A DNA stretch of 64,000 nucleotides from Stylophora pistillata (lineage: Eukaryota). The notes beneath the pieces were generated by a model that was not told the DNA's origin, made no database searches, and saw nothing but the letters and a program-made list of their open reading frames with translations. The stretch covers positions 849,984 through 913,983 of the forward strand of contig NW_019217805.1 in assembly GCF_002571385.2 (NCBI RefSeq), written 5' to 3'. Below, piece by piece: positions 24,732-36,143 of this stretch. The translations under genes and the position numbers were made by a program. The stretch's first letter is position 1. Each line of letters starts with the position of its first letter.

Positions 24732-27700
24732 AGCCAACAGGTAATGAGAATGCTCAAACTCATCAGTTAGAAGTTGCTATCTTGATCTAACACCAAAATC
24801 TCGTCACTAATTTATAAGGAAATGATTAATAGCTAGATTGGAGAATTAACAAGTAGGTCTTCAGATTTGAAGGGTGAACAACCTAACATTGGTGCTCACA
24901 CGGAGAGTTTATTGAACAATCAATAGCTTCTCAAAGTGGTGATGATTTCCTTCATTTTCTTAAAATAGTTATTGTGTTGTAAATTTTGTTACTCTTCACG
25001 CTATAGGACTGTAAAGTTACCATCATCTGATGAGGTTCGCCTGGTGGACGATGCCTTTATAAAGATCTGGCACATGGTGAATGATCTGTCCATGACTGTC
25101 CGCAGAGAGGCAGCCGGTTTACTTGGCTCTCTTCATCTCGTTAGTCAAAAGTTTTTGGAGCAGACATTGGATAAAAAGCTTATGTCCCATCTTAAGGCAA
25201 GTCACAGTGCTGAATGAACGCATTTTACCTATTAAGAAAATTTTCAAATGAGCGTCGAAAAACCAAAACCATAGAAATCGCAACCACCAATCTGAACGAA
25301 GGTTAACTTTGTCACTGAACGATGAGAACTCGGAGTAAAAACAAGTAATCTACTTGAAAACGCAGAAACTTGTTATTTTTCTGATGCAATACAAAAATGC
25401 AAAGAGCGGTTTTCCTTCGGTTTTTTCTCGATGTAAGATCTTCTTAAAAAGTGGCAAATTTTCGTCTTTGAAATTCAGAGAAAGAAAACGGAACACGAGA
25501 AGCGACGTGAGATTCACGCCTCGGGGGGAGCAGATGGCGGGGGGTGGAGCACGGGGCGCACATGGGGTGACAAGGCCCCTGAACCTGAAATCGACCCGGA
25601 GGGCGTCAGTCTGATGAGCAGCGGGGCGTGCGGCGCGTTTGTGCACGGGCTGGAAGACGAATTCATGGAGGTACGTTCCGCGGCTGTGGATTCTCTTTGT
25701 GAGCTGGCCTATCGCAATTCATCTTTCGCTGTGCAGTCCTTAGACTTCCTGGCTGACATGATGAATGATGAAATAGAAAGCGTCCGGCTCAGTGCTATCA
25801 ACAGCTTGCGGAAAATCAGCCAGCACATTCAGCTGCGTGAGGACCAATTGGAGACGCTCCTCGGTGTCCTGGAGGATTTCTCGGGGGATACCCGAGAGGC
25901 TGTGCGTGAGTTGTTATGTCACTGTGTGTTCGCCACAAGGGCGTGTCTTCACGCTGCCATTCACGCGTTGCTTGGAAACCTGTCAAAATATCCTCAGGAT
26001 AAATCGTCCATCTGGAGGTAACTGTACATCTACAGTTAGCAGTGCTTTTCATTTGTATATTCGTATAAATCTACAGGCGTTCTTTTACAAATGCTGCAGT
26101 CTGATTTCCCACGCTACCCGCTATCTATTACTTGGTATATAACAAGCTTAATTACACACACTTTTTGATTGGTTGTGACTTATGATCCATTGGAGGACAA
26201 ACGCGTAGATAACGTCACCATTAACAGTATTTTGCCTTTTCTTTTATAAAACAAGTATATTCCTTGTTGCTATGGCTCTGTACGGTAGTTGATCACAGAG
26301 GACGTCAAAATCTGTTAAGAACTTCAGTGACACACTCGGCTGCGCCTCGTCTGCGCCTCGTTTGTGCCTCGGCTGTTCCTCGGCTGTTCCTCGTCTGTGC
26401 CTCGGCTGTTCCTCGGCTGTTCCTCGTCTGTGCCTCGGCTGTACCTCGTCTGTGCTTCGGCTGTGCCTCGTGTACCACTTTTTTGTTCTTACCACATTTT
26501 GAAGTTATCTGAGATCTGTTACTGAACAGACACACGGCAACAGGGAATCTATTTGTTTAACCCTTTACACCCTAACATCAGTATGCATATTCTCTTTACT
26601 GTTATCTATACATTTTCCAGGGTGCTGACAGGAGAATTTCTTTGACAATCAAAAGCTTCTTTCGTTGGCGATCATATCCTTTATTCCCATGACCTTATTG
26701 TTTGAACCAGGGGTAATATTTTAAGGAGAAAGTGGGGGTCAAAGGGTTAGTAGATGAAGAGGAACATAAGGAAGCCTGACATAAAGTAGGCGGTTGTAAC
26801 AAAAATGACCGAAAAATTGGCGCTCTCTTGTCGTTAAGTTTGAACGACTGGTAGATTGGCCTTCTTCAATTATCACACGAAAGACAGCATTCATTGATAG
26901 CTGCCTACCTTCACTGAGTATCAATTTTACTTTAAAGAGAGAATTAAAAATAACTTTTTTTCTGTCATTTTCTTAATCAGGTGTTCCAAGTTTTTGGGTG
27001 AAAAGCATCAACATATTGCTTCCTCGCTTGTACCAGAACTTCTTTCTACCCATCCATTTTTTGCCACCCCAGAGCCATCCATCGATGATCCAGCTTACGT
27101 TGCAATTCTTATCCTCGTGTTTAACGCTACAGCCAAAAGTCCCACAATGTTAGCTATGTTCCCAGATCACACCACTCGACATTACGCTTATTTGCGGGAC
27201 AGTCAACCCGACCTCGTCCCGCATCTTGATAACGAGAAGAGCGTCTCAGATGTGCATAGTAAAAGGTTTGAGGAAGGAGGTAAGACAAGGTCACTTACAA
27301 AAACTCATTTCAATTTTTATTCTGTATATAGTTATATACATATTTTTTTCTTTTTTTTTTTTCCTTTCAGGGAAGTTTTATCATAGGCTTAACCTCTAAA
27401 CTTCCCTTATCAAATTTTGTATATCTAAATTTGAATAAACATGTATGAGATTATAAACATGTGTAGGTAATCTTTCCACATGGTTAAAGCATTCAACTCA
27501 AGCACGGTTGATCTGCGTTCGAATCCTTATTGCAGATTCCGCCTTTTTCCTTGTCCTTTTTTCGTGCAAAATAAAAATAACCACCTCATCGATACTAAAT
27601 ATGCGTGTTCTCGCCCACTACCGTGGGAGAAGCGGTGGCCTGGTATTAGTGCGCTAGACGACATAGGTAACAAACTTCAACTTCAAGCCCAGGCCGGCTC

Positions 27701-30700
27701 GGTTATGTTGTGTTCTTAAGCAAAACCTCCACAAGGCCTTTCTCCGCCCAATAGAGTAAATAGGCATATTTACCATGGGCATATTTTTTTCACATTTACC
27801 GACGACCACCTGGGAAACCTGAAAAAAAAAAAAAAAAATGTTCGGGTGGAGATGTATAAACAATGATCGTTTTAGGCCAGATGGCCTATAAGACTTAACC
27901 ACCACCTGCTCCTTACACAAATTATTTGATTTATTTTCTTGTTCTCCTCATTCCGATTCAGGATCACAAACTGCTAAGAGCTTCTTTGAAAGCGTACAAT
28001 TGCGGCTTCAACACGTCACATCACTTAAGCTAGTAAACAAACAACAAATATTGAAAACAGCCATTCAAGACCTTAAACACGTAAAGAGCATTGATTCACG
28101 GCTTAGCGCCGATGCAGAATGTCTTTGCCTTTATCTCCAATGCAAGCTGATGATCGTTCAGGCTCAACAAGACAAGATGTGGACTGTTCCAGCGGCTATG
28201 TGTACTCATCAAAGTTCTGGTCTCAAATCCCTGGTTGAAAGCATCCTGTCGACATCGTATCGTGTTGAGCATACCTTTACTGGTTTGAGTTCTCAGCAAA
28301 TCTTCCTTCTTCGACAATTAAGACTCATTGCACATGCGTTACAGATCTTAGTCACACAGCGATCTAGTCGAACTAACGAGAGAAACCTAAATTCCATGGT
28401 ACAAGTTTGGGAATCATTTTTAACCAGAATAAAAACCTTCTCCAACTTCATCAACACAGAGAACATCAACACGGATGCTTTCTGCGCAGAGGTAGTTTCG
28501 TTTCCCGGTTTCTTCGAGTCCAACATAACAAATCCGTCCGGAGTAGTGGATTATGTTCAATCTATCATGCTTTCTCATGAAGTCCCATGGTTAGAATTGC
28601 ACTCTAGCCTGAGCCAGGCATCTGCAGTACTAAATGAACCCCGCGGAAGTTCGGATAATCCCCTTTGCTTTTCTGCTGGCCTAACACTGGGTATCAATGT
28701 TGAAGCTATGTTGGAGAACGTCCCGGATGCGAGAAAAGTGAGAGTGCAGGTGGGTGTTACTTTGTAGTCAAATGAGCCTGCGACCAGGCCTTCATTATCC
28801 GCACGTGCGTGTCTTAGCGCGCGGGAAAGAATGAGGCTCTGAGCCTTGTGTGAAACGGCAAACGTCAGCTTACCCTTTCACGTTTCACGTAGAATCGCAT
28901 TACTGAACAAAATCTCCCATTCTGATTGGTTAACGAAGCAAGGAGGTTAGCGTGGAATCGCGAGTTAAAAACGAGGTTAAGTGACATTGCTTCGCATCTA
29001 TGCATACATAACAACTATGAGTAATGCTGTTTTCTTTCTTTTTTTTTTTTTTAATTTTATTCAATTATGCGATTCAAGGAAAATCCATTACTTGACTCAT
29101 GAATTCCACTTTAAATTGCACTAGAAAACCGAAATCGCACTCATCGCTTTGCGATTCGTGTGATATCGGTCTTCGCGTGCAATTTTCAAATGCGGAATTC
29201 CGCCGTCAAGTAATGAATTTTCCTATAAAATAGCTTTAGCTTCGTGTAAGCTCACGTCATGGTGGATTGGAAGGCGCCTTTGTATGACTCACAAGGAATA
29301 GTATTGGTGCCCTTTTCCGGCAATTGACTTCCACTCGGTGAGACAAAAAGAAAAGAAAATCTTACGTACACGGTAAACGCGAAACAGGTTACTTTCACGT
29401 AGAGAGGGCAAAGTGCAACAGGCAAACGCGAAAAAATGGCGTTCACGTTTCACGTAAACGCGGTACTAAATCTCTCTAATTATGATGGCGGACTACGTGA
29501 AGATAGGAATTTGTAACCCCTTGAACCCTAAGAGCGTAATTTCTCCTTACAATATCACCTCTGAATCACACATTAAGGTCAGGAGAATAAAGGAAATGAT
29601 TGATAAGGCTTATTTTCTGTTCTTTCGTTTTCTAAAAGAATTTAACAAAAATAAAAGAGCGAAGCGGAAGTTAGTTCTACCGGAAGTTATGTTACTGAGT
29701 TTGTTATTGATTGACAGTTTAAAAATAAAAAGACCCGGATTGACGGGAGGTGTGATGACGCCATAAAATAAAAAGGGGAAAACATCTAGTGTGGTTTTTT
29801 TCGTTGTTTCTTTTACGGGATTTTTTAACAAGTTTGGAAGTTTGGATAGGGAAAATTTAGAAACCTAAGGAGAAACAATGATTACTAATCAAAGATGCTC
29901 TTCATTGTTCATTGTTAAATAAATTCTCCTTGTCAGCACCTAAGAAAATTTATGCAGAACAGTATGGAGAATATGTTCACTGATATTACGGCATAAGGGG
30001 TTGAAACAATCTCCCTTGTAAATCACCATCCGTACTTCTTCGACACCGACACAGGTTTTACTTTGTCTGTGAAAGGTGAAGGCTGACCAGAATCGGTCTA
30101 ATTACAGGTTGTGTTTCCTGATCTGAGGTGTCATTGGTTTATTCCCAAACGTGACGATATCCACGTGCTTTCTCCAGCGAAGCAGCGACTTGCCACGACT
30201 GTCATTTTGTCGCACTCGGCATGGTCAGGTAAACTGTCGCCATCTTGTCGTTATTTGAATCAAGGATAGCATACTCAATGCCCACTGTTAGTGCAGGCAG
30301 TGACACAGCGGGCGAACGACTAACGATCGTTGTGGCGGTTGTCAATCCTGACCCCCGCCATTTTTCACGCTCCCGCGAAAGCCTAGTCCTATCCAGAACC
30401 AAGAAATGTTTGCCCCTCACCTCTGTGAAACTGGGTTCGATTTCTTGGGGTGATGTCACATGTGGGATGAGTTTTTTTCATTGGTTCTCATTCTTGCCGC
30501 GTGGGTTTATCTACGGTTTCTGCAGTTTTCCTCCCTCCATAAAAATATGAACTCCAAATTACAGTTACAACCAGGAAAACAAGAAACGAAGAACAAATCT
30601 GTGGAAGTGCCTGTGCCAAATTCCACGTTATTGATAATGCATTTTATTCATTACGCTGAATAACCCACTGCACCGGTCGGTATATTCGTGACTATGTCTC

Positions 30701-30941
30701 TACTTTCCTCTATTTTATCATTTCAGAACCCGGTTTGGTAGATGTATCCTTAGTTCTCAAGTACACACCTGAAGTTGATGAAGAAAGTGTACTGAAACTC
30801 GGTTCACGTGAAGATAGCTCCACAGATGTAGAGACGCAAGGTATAAAGCAGACGAAAAGCGCCAAGGACAGTTTGGTCGACGGCGTAATAAATCTTTGTC
30901 CACCTGTTCAAGTATGCATCATGCCAAAGGCGCTAAGATGA
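21104..30941 (+). CDS. INTS4: Integrator complex subunit 4 (HEAT repeats)
   Basis: 11 exons in frame: 21104-21512, 22371-22438, 23045-23083, 23530-23715, 24305-24444, 25007-25196, 25479-26017, 26981-27279, 27962-28749, 30108-30228, 30727-30941. Diagnostic 'FLEQTLDKKLMS', 'SGACGAFVHGLEDEFMEVR', 'LDFLADMMNDEIESVRL', 'HYAYLRDS'. Intron 6 has a GC donor. Confidence 0.96.
22572..22811 (-). mobile_element. tRNA-related SINE-like repeat nested inside a MITE (MITE halves ~22470-22560 and ~22811-22915)
   Basis: Minus strand reads GTGGCTCGGTGGTAGAG (A-box-like) ... GGTTCCATCC (decayed B-box). The flanking MITE sequence 'aatttgatgta|gatcaagac' is split by the insertion (compare the unsplit copy at 45415-45618). 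Confidence 0.6.
23856..24041. mobile_element. MITE with C(A/T)GGG termini and 6-bp TSD
   Basis: TIR CTGGGCTCGACACTAAC / GTTAGTGTCGAGCCCTG, flanked on both sides by TGATAG (23850-23855, 24042-24047). Confidence 0.8.
26150..26557. repeat. Hairpin repeat whose central loop is expanded into an 11/33-bp minisatellite
   Basis: Arms at ~26250-26335 and ~26470-26557 are inverted complements. Centre 26336-26470 is tandem (C)CTCG(G/T)CTGT(G/T) 11-mers with a 33-bp higher-order period. Confidence 0.85.
26557..26750 (+). mobile_element. ~200-bp piggyBac-type MITE
   Basis: TTAA|CCCTTTACACCC ... GGGGTCAAAGGG|TTAG termini; multicopy in the window (also ~1063-1138, 18075-18279, 24467-24875, 29515-30003, 42015-42225, 42882-43092, 45415-45618). 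Confidence 0.85.
27625..27775 (+). mobile_element. Degenerate 5' fragment of the tRNA-derived SINE seen intact at 40853-41149
   Basis: GGAGAAGCGGTGGCCTGGT...TTCAAGCCCAGGCCGG...GTTGTGTTCTTAAGCAAAAC parallels the reverse complement of the 41149 end. Confidence 0.6.
29075..29228. repeat. Imperfect ~150-bp palindromic (hairpin) repeat
   Basis: GGAAAATCCATTACTTGAC..GAATTCC..AAATTGCAC..ACCGA pairs with TCGGT..GTGCAATTT..GGAATTC..GTCAAGTAATGAATTTTCC; centre ACTCATCGCTTTGCGATTCGT. Confidence 0.75.
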
Positions 30942-31565
30942 GAAAGGACTGGTTGGATCACAACCATTGAAGGCTAGAAAGCTCGTCACCCGTTATACAG
31001 GCCTTTTTTCACGCTGTGATTTAATGCACGCATGTTTGCGGTCTGTGACAGTTTCCAATACCTTCATGCCTAACTGCACTTACCACGCCAGTTTGTTACC
31101 ATCACATTTTGCCGGGTTCCGCGTCTTTTTTCCCAGCTAAGTGCTTCACTTCGTTCGTGCTTTCGGTTATCTTCCTTTTTCACGATTTTGCGCTGCGACC
31201 TTCCATCAATATCGCAACTAAGGCAGTAAGAACTTAATAAGCATTGTAGCATTTTTAGACAACATTTAGTCAAACTACACTGCGACAAATAAAATGAAAA
31301 ATAATTTTCAATGTTGTTGTACTTGGAATTAGTGTGAATAAAATAGTGGATGTGATATAAAATATATTTTAAAAAATTCCTTACGATATTACCACTCACT
31401 GAAGTGAGTTCCCCCATCTCTGCAGTGTTCTCTTTTAAAATGATTAACCTCGTCTAAACATTTTCTGAAATATTCGTTGGTTCTCTGTATGTCAGTGCGT
31501 GACATTCGTTTTGTAACCAGACCCCCCATAACCAAAACACGAGACTAGCGTGACATACCACGTGT

Positions 31566-31571
31566 TATAAA
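31566..31571 (+). promoter_or_regulatory. Candidate TATA box of the lysozyme-like gene
   Basis: TATAAA(G) about 90 bp upstream of the ATG at 31659. Confidence 0.4.
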
Positions 31572-31658
31572 GTCAACGAAACGAAAAGGTTGGCTCAGGA
31601 AATTCATTGATCCTTTACAAACGAATACTTGCCCGACAATATCTCCGAACGCGGAAAC

Positions 31659-33314
31659 ATGAATTTTAAAAATGCGATCATACTGCTCCTGTACTCATTT
31701 GCCTTATTTCAAGGCTTTCGAGGTGAAACATGCGATCCAAAGCCTATGATAACACGGCATGAAGGCAAAAAAGAGTGCGTGTATCTTGATACAAAAGGCA
31801 TTAAAACCATTGGTATCGGCTACAACATGCAGAAAAAGGAAGCACCAGGGGTGTTTGCATCAATCGGAGCAGATTATAACAAGTTCATCAACGGCCCTGT
31901 GACCAAATGGAATGTTCCATGTAACTGCTCTAGCGTCCCCTGCCTCACTGAAGGGCAGATAGAAGAGCTATTGGATATAAGCTTGAAGACGGCTATTGCT
32001 GAAGCACAGAAAGTGATTCCAACCTTTGCGAGTCTTTGCTGTCCCGTACAGAATGTCATGGTTGACATGTCATTCACTTTTGGCGGACCGGTATTTGCTC
32101 AGTTCACAACATTTTCAAAGCTTGTCGTGCGTCAATACTGGAAGGCGGCCGGTGATGACCTTACAGTTTCGCTGTGGTGTAAGCAAGCTACTGCTCGGTG
32201 TATGGAAGACGCCAACATCGTTAGAAGTGGATGCAGCTGCTCCCAGCCATATCCACAGTCTTGTGACTCTCGAGCGTCAGCCTGTTGTGCTAGCAACACC
32301 CAAGAGACTTGCTGCAAAGGTGAGTTAAATTTCAAAATTAGAGATAGAAAGAAGTTCCGGTTTACTTCCTTCAGAGTAATGGCCGCGGCCAGTGTCCTTC
32401 GAGCGACGAGACGCAGGCGTTTCAGACGACTGTGACTTCTGGTTGTACGCTTTGAAATCCATCAATGTGTTGGAAAGCCATTTTCTTGGTAATTTCAAGT
32501 TGCACATCGCAAGAAGAGTCGTTAATTCACGTTATGAACAAGAATATTTCACATCCGGGTCCATGCTTCTCCCGTGACTTACAGCACCAATACTTGACTG
32601 TGATAGTGAAATTTGACAACGCCTTGTCGTAATTTAGGAAATTTCCGTCAGTGTAAGAAAGAGCTGCTCACACTCGTGCTTCTTTACGTTACCTAAAATC
32701 ATGTTAGTTTCTTGGACAATGTGCCATTTCTTTTAGCAGACTTCCCAGTCAGCTCACTCATCTAATGAGTTATGAAAAACGAAACCTCTTTTGTAATCCT
32801 TGTACTCTTTCTGGTTACTAAAGATGATGTTTTTATCTAAAGAGAGGAAGTTCATATTCGTTTTGTTTCTAGTAGCCGTTGTCCGCGCGTTTCTGGCCCT
32901 GGTAGCTAATTTTGGACCGTTACAAAACAAATGAGATGCAAAACATTAATTTTACTTCTTCTTACACTATTAAGCCGCTGACCAACCTTTTTTTTTGCAC
33001 TGTATTGTAAGAAACCGATCTATCAAGTAGATACATGTAATTTTAAAAAGCACCAACATTCCCTTTCAGGTACCTTGACTTTTAAAAGCAAGACATTTGA
33101 TGAGCAGCTGTGTTGCCCTCATCCCAAGGCAACTTGCTGTGAGCACGATAGATGTTGTCCACAAGACTCGGTCTGTTGCCCTGCTCCGCCCGCGGTGCCT
33201 ACTTATTGCTGCCCAGTGGATTACCCAGTGTGCAGAGATGGAGAGTGTTATAGGGCACGTGATGGGCACATGATCAAAGGAAAGCCTGTCGCTCAAGGAT
33301 TTGTCTCACCATGA
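31659..33314 (+). CDS. Secreted phage T4-type (GH24) lysozyme fused to a granulin-like cysteine-rich domain, 301 aa
   Basis: Exons 31659-32319 and 33070-33314 (phase-1 GT-AG intron, 906 nt). Hydrophobic signal peptide MNFKNAIILLLYSFALFQGFRG. 'HEGKKECVYLDTKGIKTIGIG' matches T4 lysozyme '[21 protein letters not shown]' (E-x8-D-x5-T). 'VMVDMSFTFG...FTTF...YWKAAGDDLTVSLWCKQATAR' parallels T4L 'ALINMVFQMG...FTNS...[21 protein letters not shown]'. The tail has seven CC doublets. Confidence 0.9.
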
Positions 33315-36143
33315 TCCTTTTTTAGTCAAGTAGTACATGGTCGTTTAAGTTAATAGGTGTAAAAATGTTATTTTGTAAACTTCAGTAAGTGTGATTTTCA
33401 CGCAAAACTGCAAAGGCCTGTGGAATTGTACGTTGATTCTTTGCATATCTAAATAAAAACTATTAAAAAAAAAAAACAAAACAGCGACTCGGCTGCATGT
33501 CATTTTGTTCAAGAGAATAATCATAAAGATAATCATAAAGTGGAAAGCGTGCCTCTCTTAATTGGCTACGGCATTGTCACTGTCAATTTCTCAGACGTGC
33601 AAGGCGTGATGACAAATAAAAGAATTACAGAACTTTGACCTATGTCATCAAGTCTCCGTAGGACAATATTTAATTAAGGAGCAACTGGACCAAATTTCTA
33701 CTGCAGCTGATGGAGTTGAAAACAACCTAACTCACTCCCAATGGCGAAGCAATGATTTTTCAAAGGGGTACGATCACGAATTCCGCGCACTTTACGTGAT
33801 ATGTATTATACTGCTGCCCCACCTGATAGGCCAGCGGGCTCATACTCAAGCGACGAGATCCGGCAAATGGAGTATCGGGCAATGGAAACGATTCACTTAT
33901 TCCACGTAGATTCTTTGGGGAGGTGGATGGTTAAAGGGTATCCTTGCCCCTCCCTTACCCCCTTGGTAAGCCCCTGAACCTTAACCCCAAGAAGAGTCGA
34001 TGTATTGTTATCTCAGAAGAAAGAACTTGTTCGCATAACAATTATGTTATTTAAACATATTTACAAGCAAATTCTCCGCGTTAAATTACATGCACTTAAT
34101 GCATGAATAGTCGTCATAATCAACTAAATACTTCAATTATTTGGTTACGGAAAAACTAGCCTCGAGCAGGCCCTCATTTTTAGCGCTTCGATACAAGGTT
34201 TTATTCGCCCACAGGAAAATATACGCGGCTAAGCTGCAGAACCGGCGTAAATTTTTCCGTTTTACAGGCAAACAGAGACAAACGCAAGGCGCGTGTGAGT
34301 CACGCGTGAGTGGAGGGGCGCGGAAAAGCAACGCGAGTCGCGAGAGGTCTGCCAGGGGTCTGGCACTTCTTAGTGCCAGATCCCCGTCAATTATCTCCAC
34401 GACTTGTCCCAAGGGGCGGAAAAACGCACATCTTTCAACCCTAAGATATGAGGTCCTGCTCGCGAGCTACGAACAAACCAAGTAAGCCACGTTCGATTTT
34501 CGTGGGTAAGCTATAACTGATAGTTCATTTTCCCCTAAATGTAAAGTTTCTCATGGAAATACAAAGACAAATCTCAAACAAATTGTTCCACGAGTCTCAA
34601 AGTCGATCAGAAGTATACCTGATCAAAACCTGCGCTTTTGAAATAAAAAGGACCTCGTTTGTCTACGGAAGTACGAATAATTTGTCAAAGCCGGTCAAGT
34701 ATGGCGATTCTGCCTTATCGTAACACTGGATTCCAATGAGCACGAAACAACAAATCATAAGGCTCAGAATTCCTTAGAAAATCAAAGCCATCGGCCCTTC
34801 AAACCGGATCTACAAGTGTTCTTTAACATCGCACTTTTAGCCTTATACTGACAGAATATCAAGTGAAGTATTTTACTCCTGGTTTCCCCGCGCAAAACAA
34901 AATTCTTTCATATTCTCCATAGCGAAAATACACTGTTTGACGAGAGAACAAATTTAAATCACTTCTACACAGTCCAGTAGAGAGAATAAGTGGTCGGGAA
35001 TCGAAGATATACTTCAGTTTACTTTCACAGCCGAGATGACCAATCCTGCCGCCATAAAATTCTTCATTATACGCCACAAGTTGCATTAAAAAGTAAATTT
35101 ACCCCTTGAGGTAATCTCTAAATTATCATAATCTCGTGTACCCTGGAACTCAGAAAACCGCAAACAGCAGAAATGTTCACAAATGGAAGGTTATTGTGTT
35201 CCAAGGAGATAGCCAAGGTGTGAGAAAACTAAACCGCAAACAGAAATGGTAATTAGTTTTCTACTTTTGAAGTTAGCTCGCGTTTCCTAAACTTGAGAGA
35301 ATACACAATCAACCAGTTAGAATTAAATCAAAGTGTTTACGGCTCCTTGAATCGCACGGTAACAACGGTAAGTTATCGCCCGTGTTTCCAACTGCTTTTC
35401 TTGCTGTGCGTCTACTCAGAATCCACCCACACTAAACAGTATATGAAGGGCTGGTTTAAAGTAAGCCAAACCCTACCCCTACTTTGCCAATATAAACTAT
35501 GAGTGAATCACAGACTTCAGTTATTTTGCCACTGACATATGATTGACAAGGCTGGATTTGAACATAATGGAATCAACTGTTTCAGATCTGTCCTCTGATT
35601 GGTTTTCATTTTCTGGGTGGCCTCTCTTTCAATAGATAGTGGACTGTAAGCTGGCTGACTAAATGATGATCGCTCCGATAATGGCCGATAAGGCCTTTAA
35701 ACCCGGACTTTGCTGTCTAAAACAGCTTGATACAACAGACCATAACGGTTTGACAATGATAACTGTAATAATATTTCATTTATCTGTTTTCCATATATCA
35801 TTGGACTCTTTTCGCAAGCAAAATAGAGGCAGAGGTTATCTAAACTGATTTTTCGAAAACGGAACACATTATTTAAGGTGAAATCACCGATATGAACGTT
35901 TTTCATCAGCTTTTCCACAATTAAGTTTTAATTCTTTGAGAGTGGAAGGTGATCAGAAAAAAAAAAAAAACTACTCAAAATACAATACTATGTAATTCTT
36001 GGCAGTATAATGAATTTCGTTGTATTTTCTCAAGATAACATCTAACGCAACAAGGAAACCGTTAGGAAAGTACATATTCTTTTTAACCTTTCACAACCTG
36101 CAATCAAAAAGGATCATCGTCTCAGTAAATAATCCAACGTATG

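Noticed and set aside
25354-25614. Apparent frameshift before the INTS4 'MSSGACG' ORF
   Set aside because: Reading from the acceptor at 25479 is open and in frame with 25614; the ORF track shows another frame.
26244-26535. Repetitive ORFs (RRGTAEEQP / CASAVPRL)
   Set aside because: Products of the 33-bp minisatellite inside an intronic repeat.
31400-31590. NF-kB-like (GGGGAACTCA, minus strand) and IRF-like (GAAACGAAA) motifs upstream of the lysozyme gene
   Set aside because: Both are imperfect short matches expected by chance; not supportable without conservation or ChIP data.
31629-32435. Bacterial or phage contamination as the source of the lysozyme ORF; single-exon 268-aa model
   Set aside because: The signal peptide, GT-AG intron to a Cys-rich second exon and gap-free continuity with INTS4 and ECT2 support a host gene; the ORF-track tail after 32319 is intron read-through.
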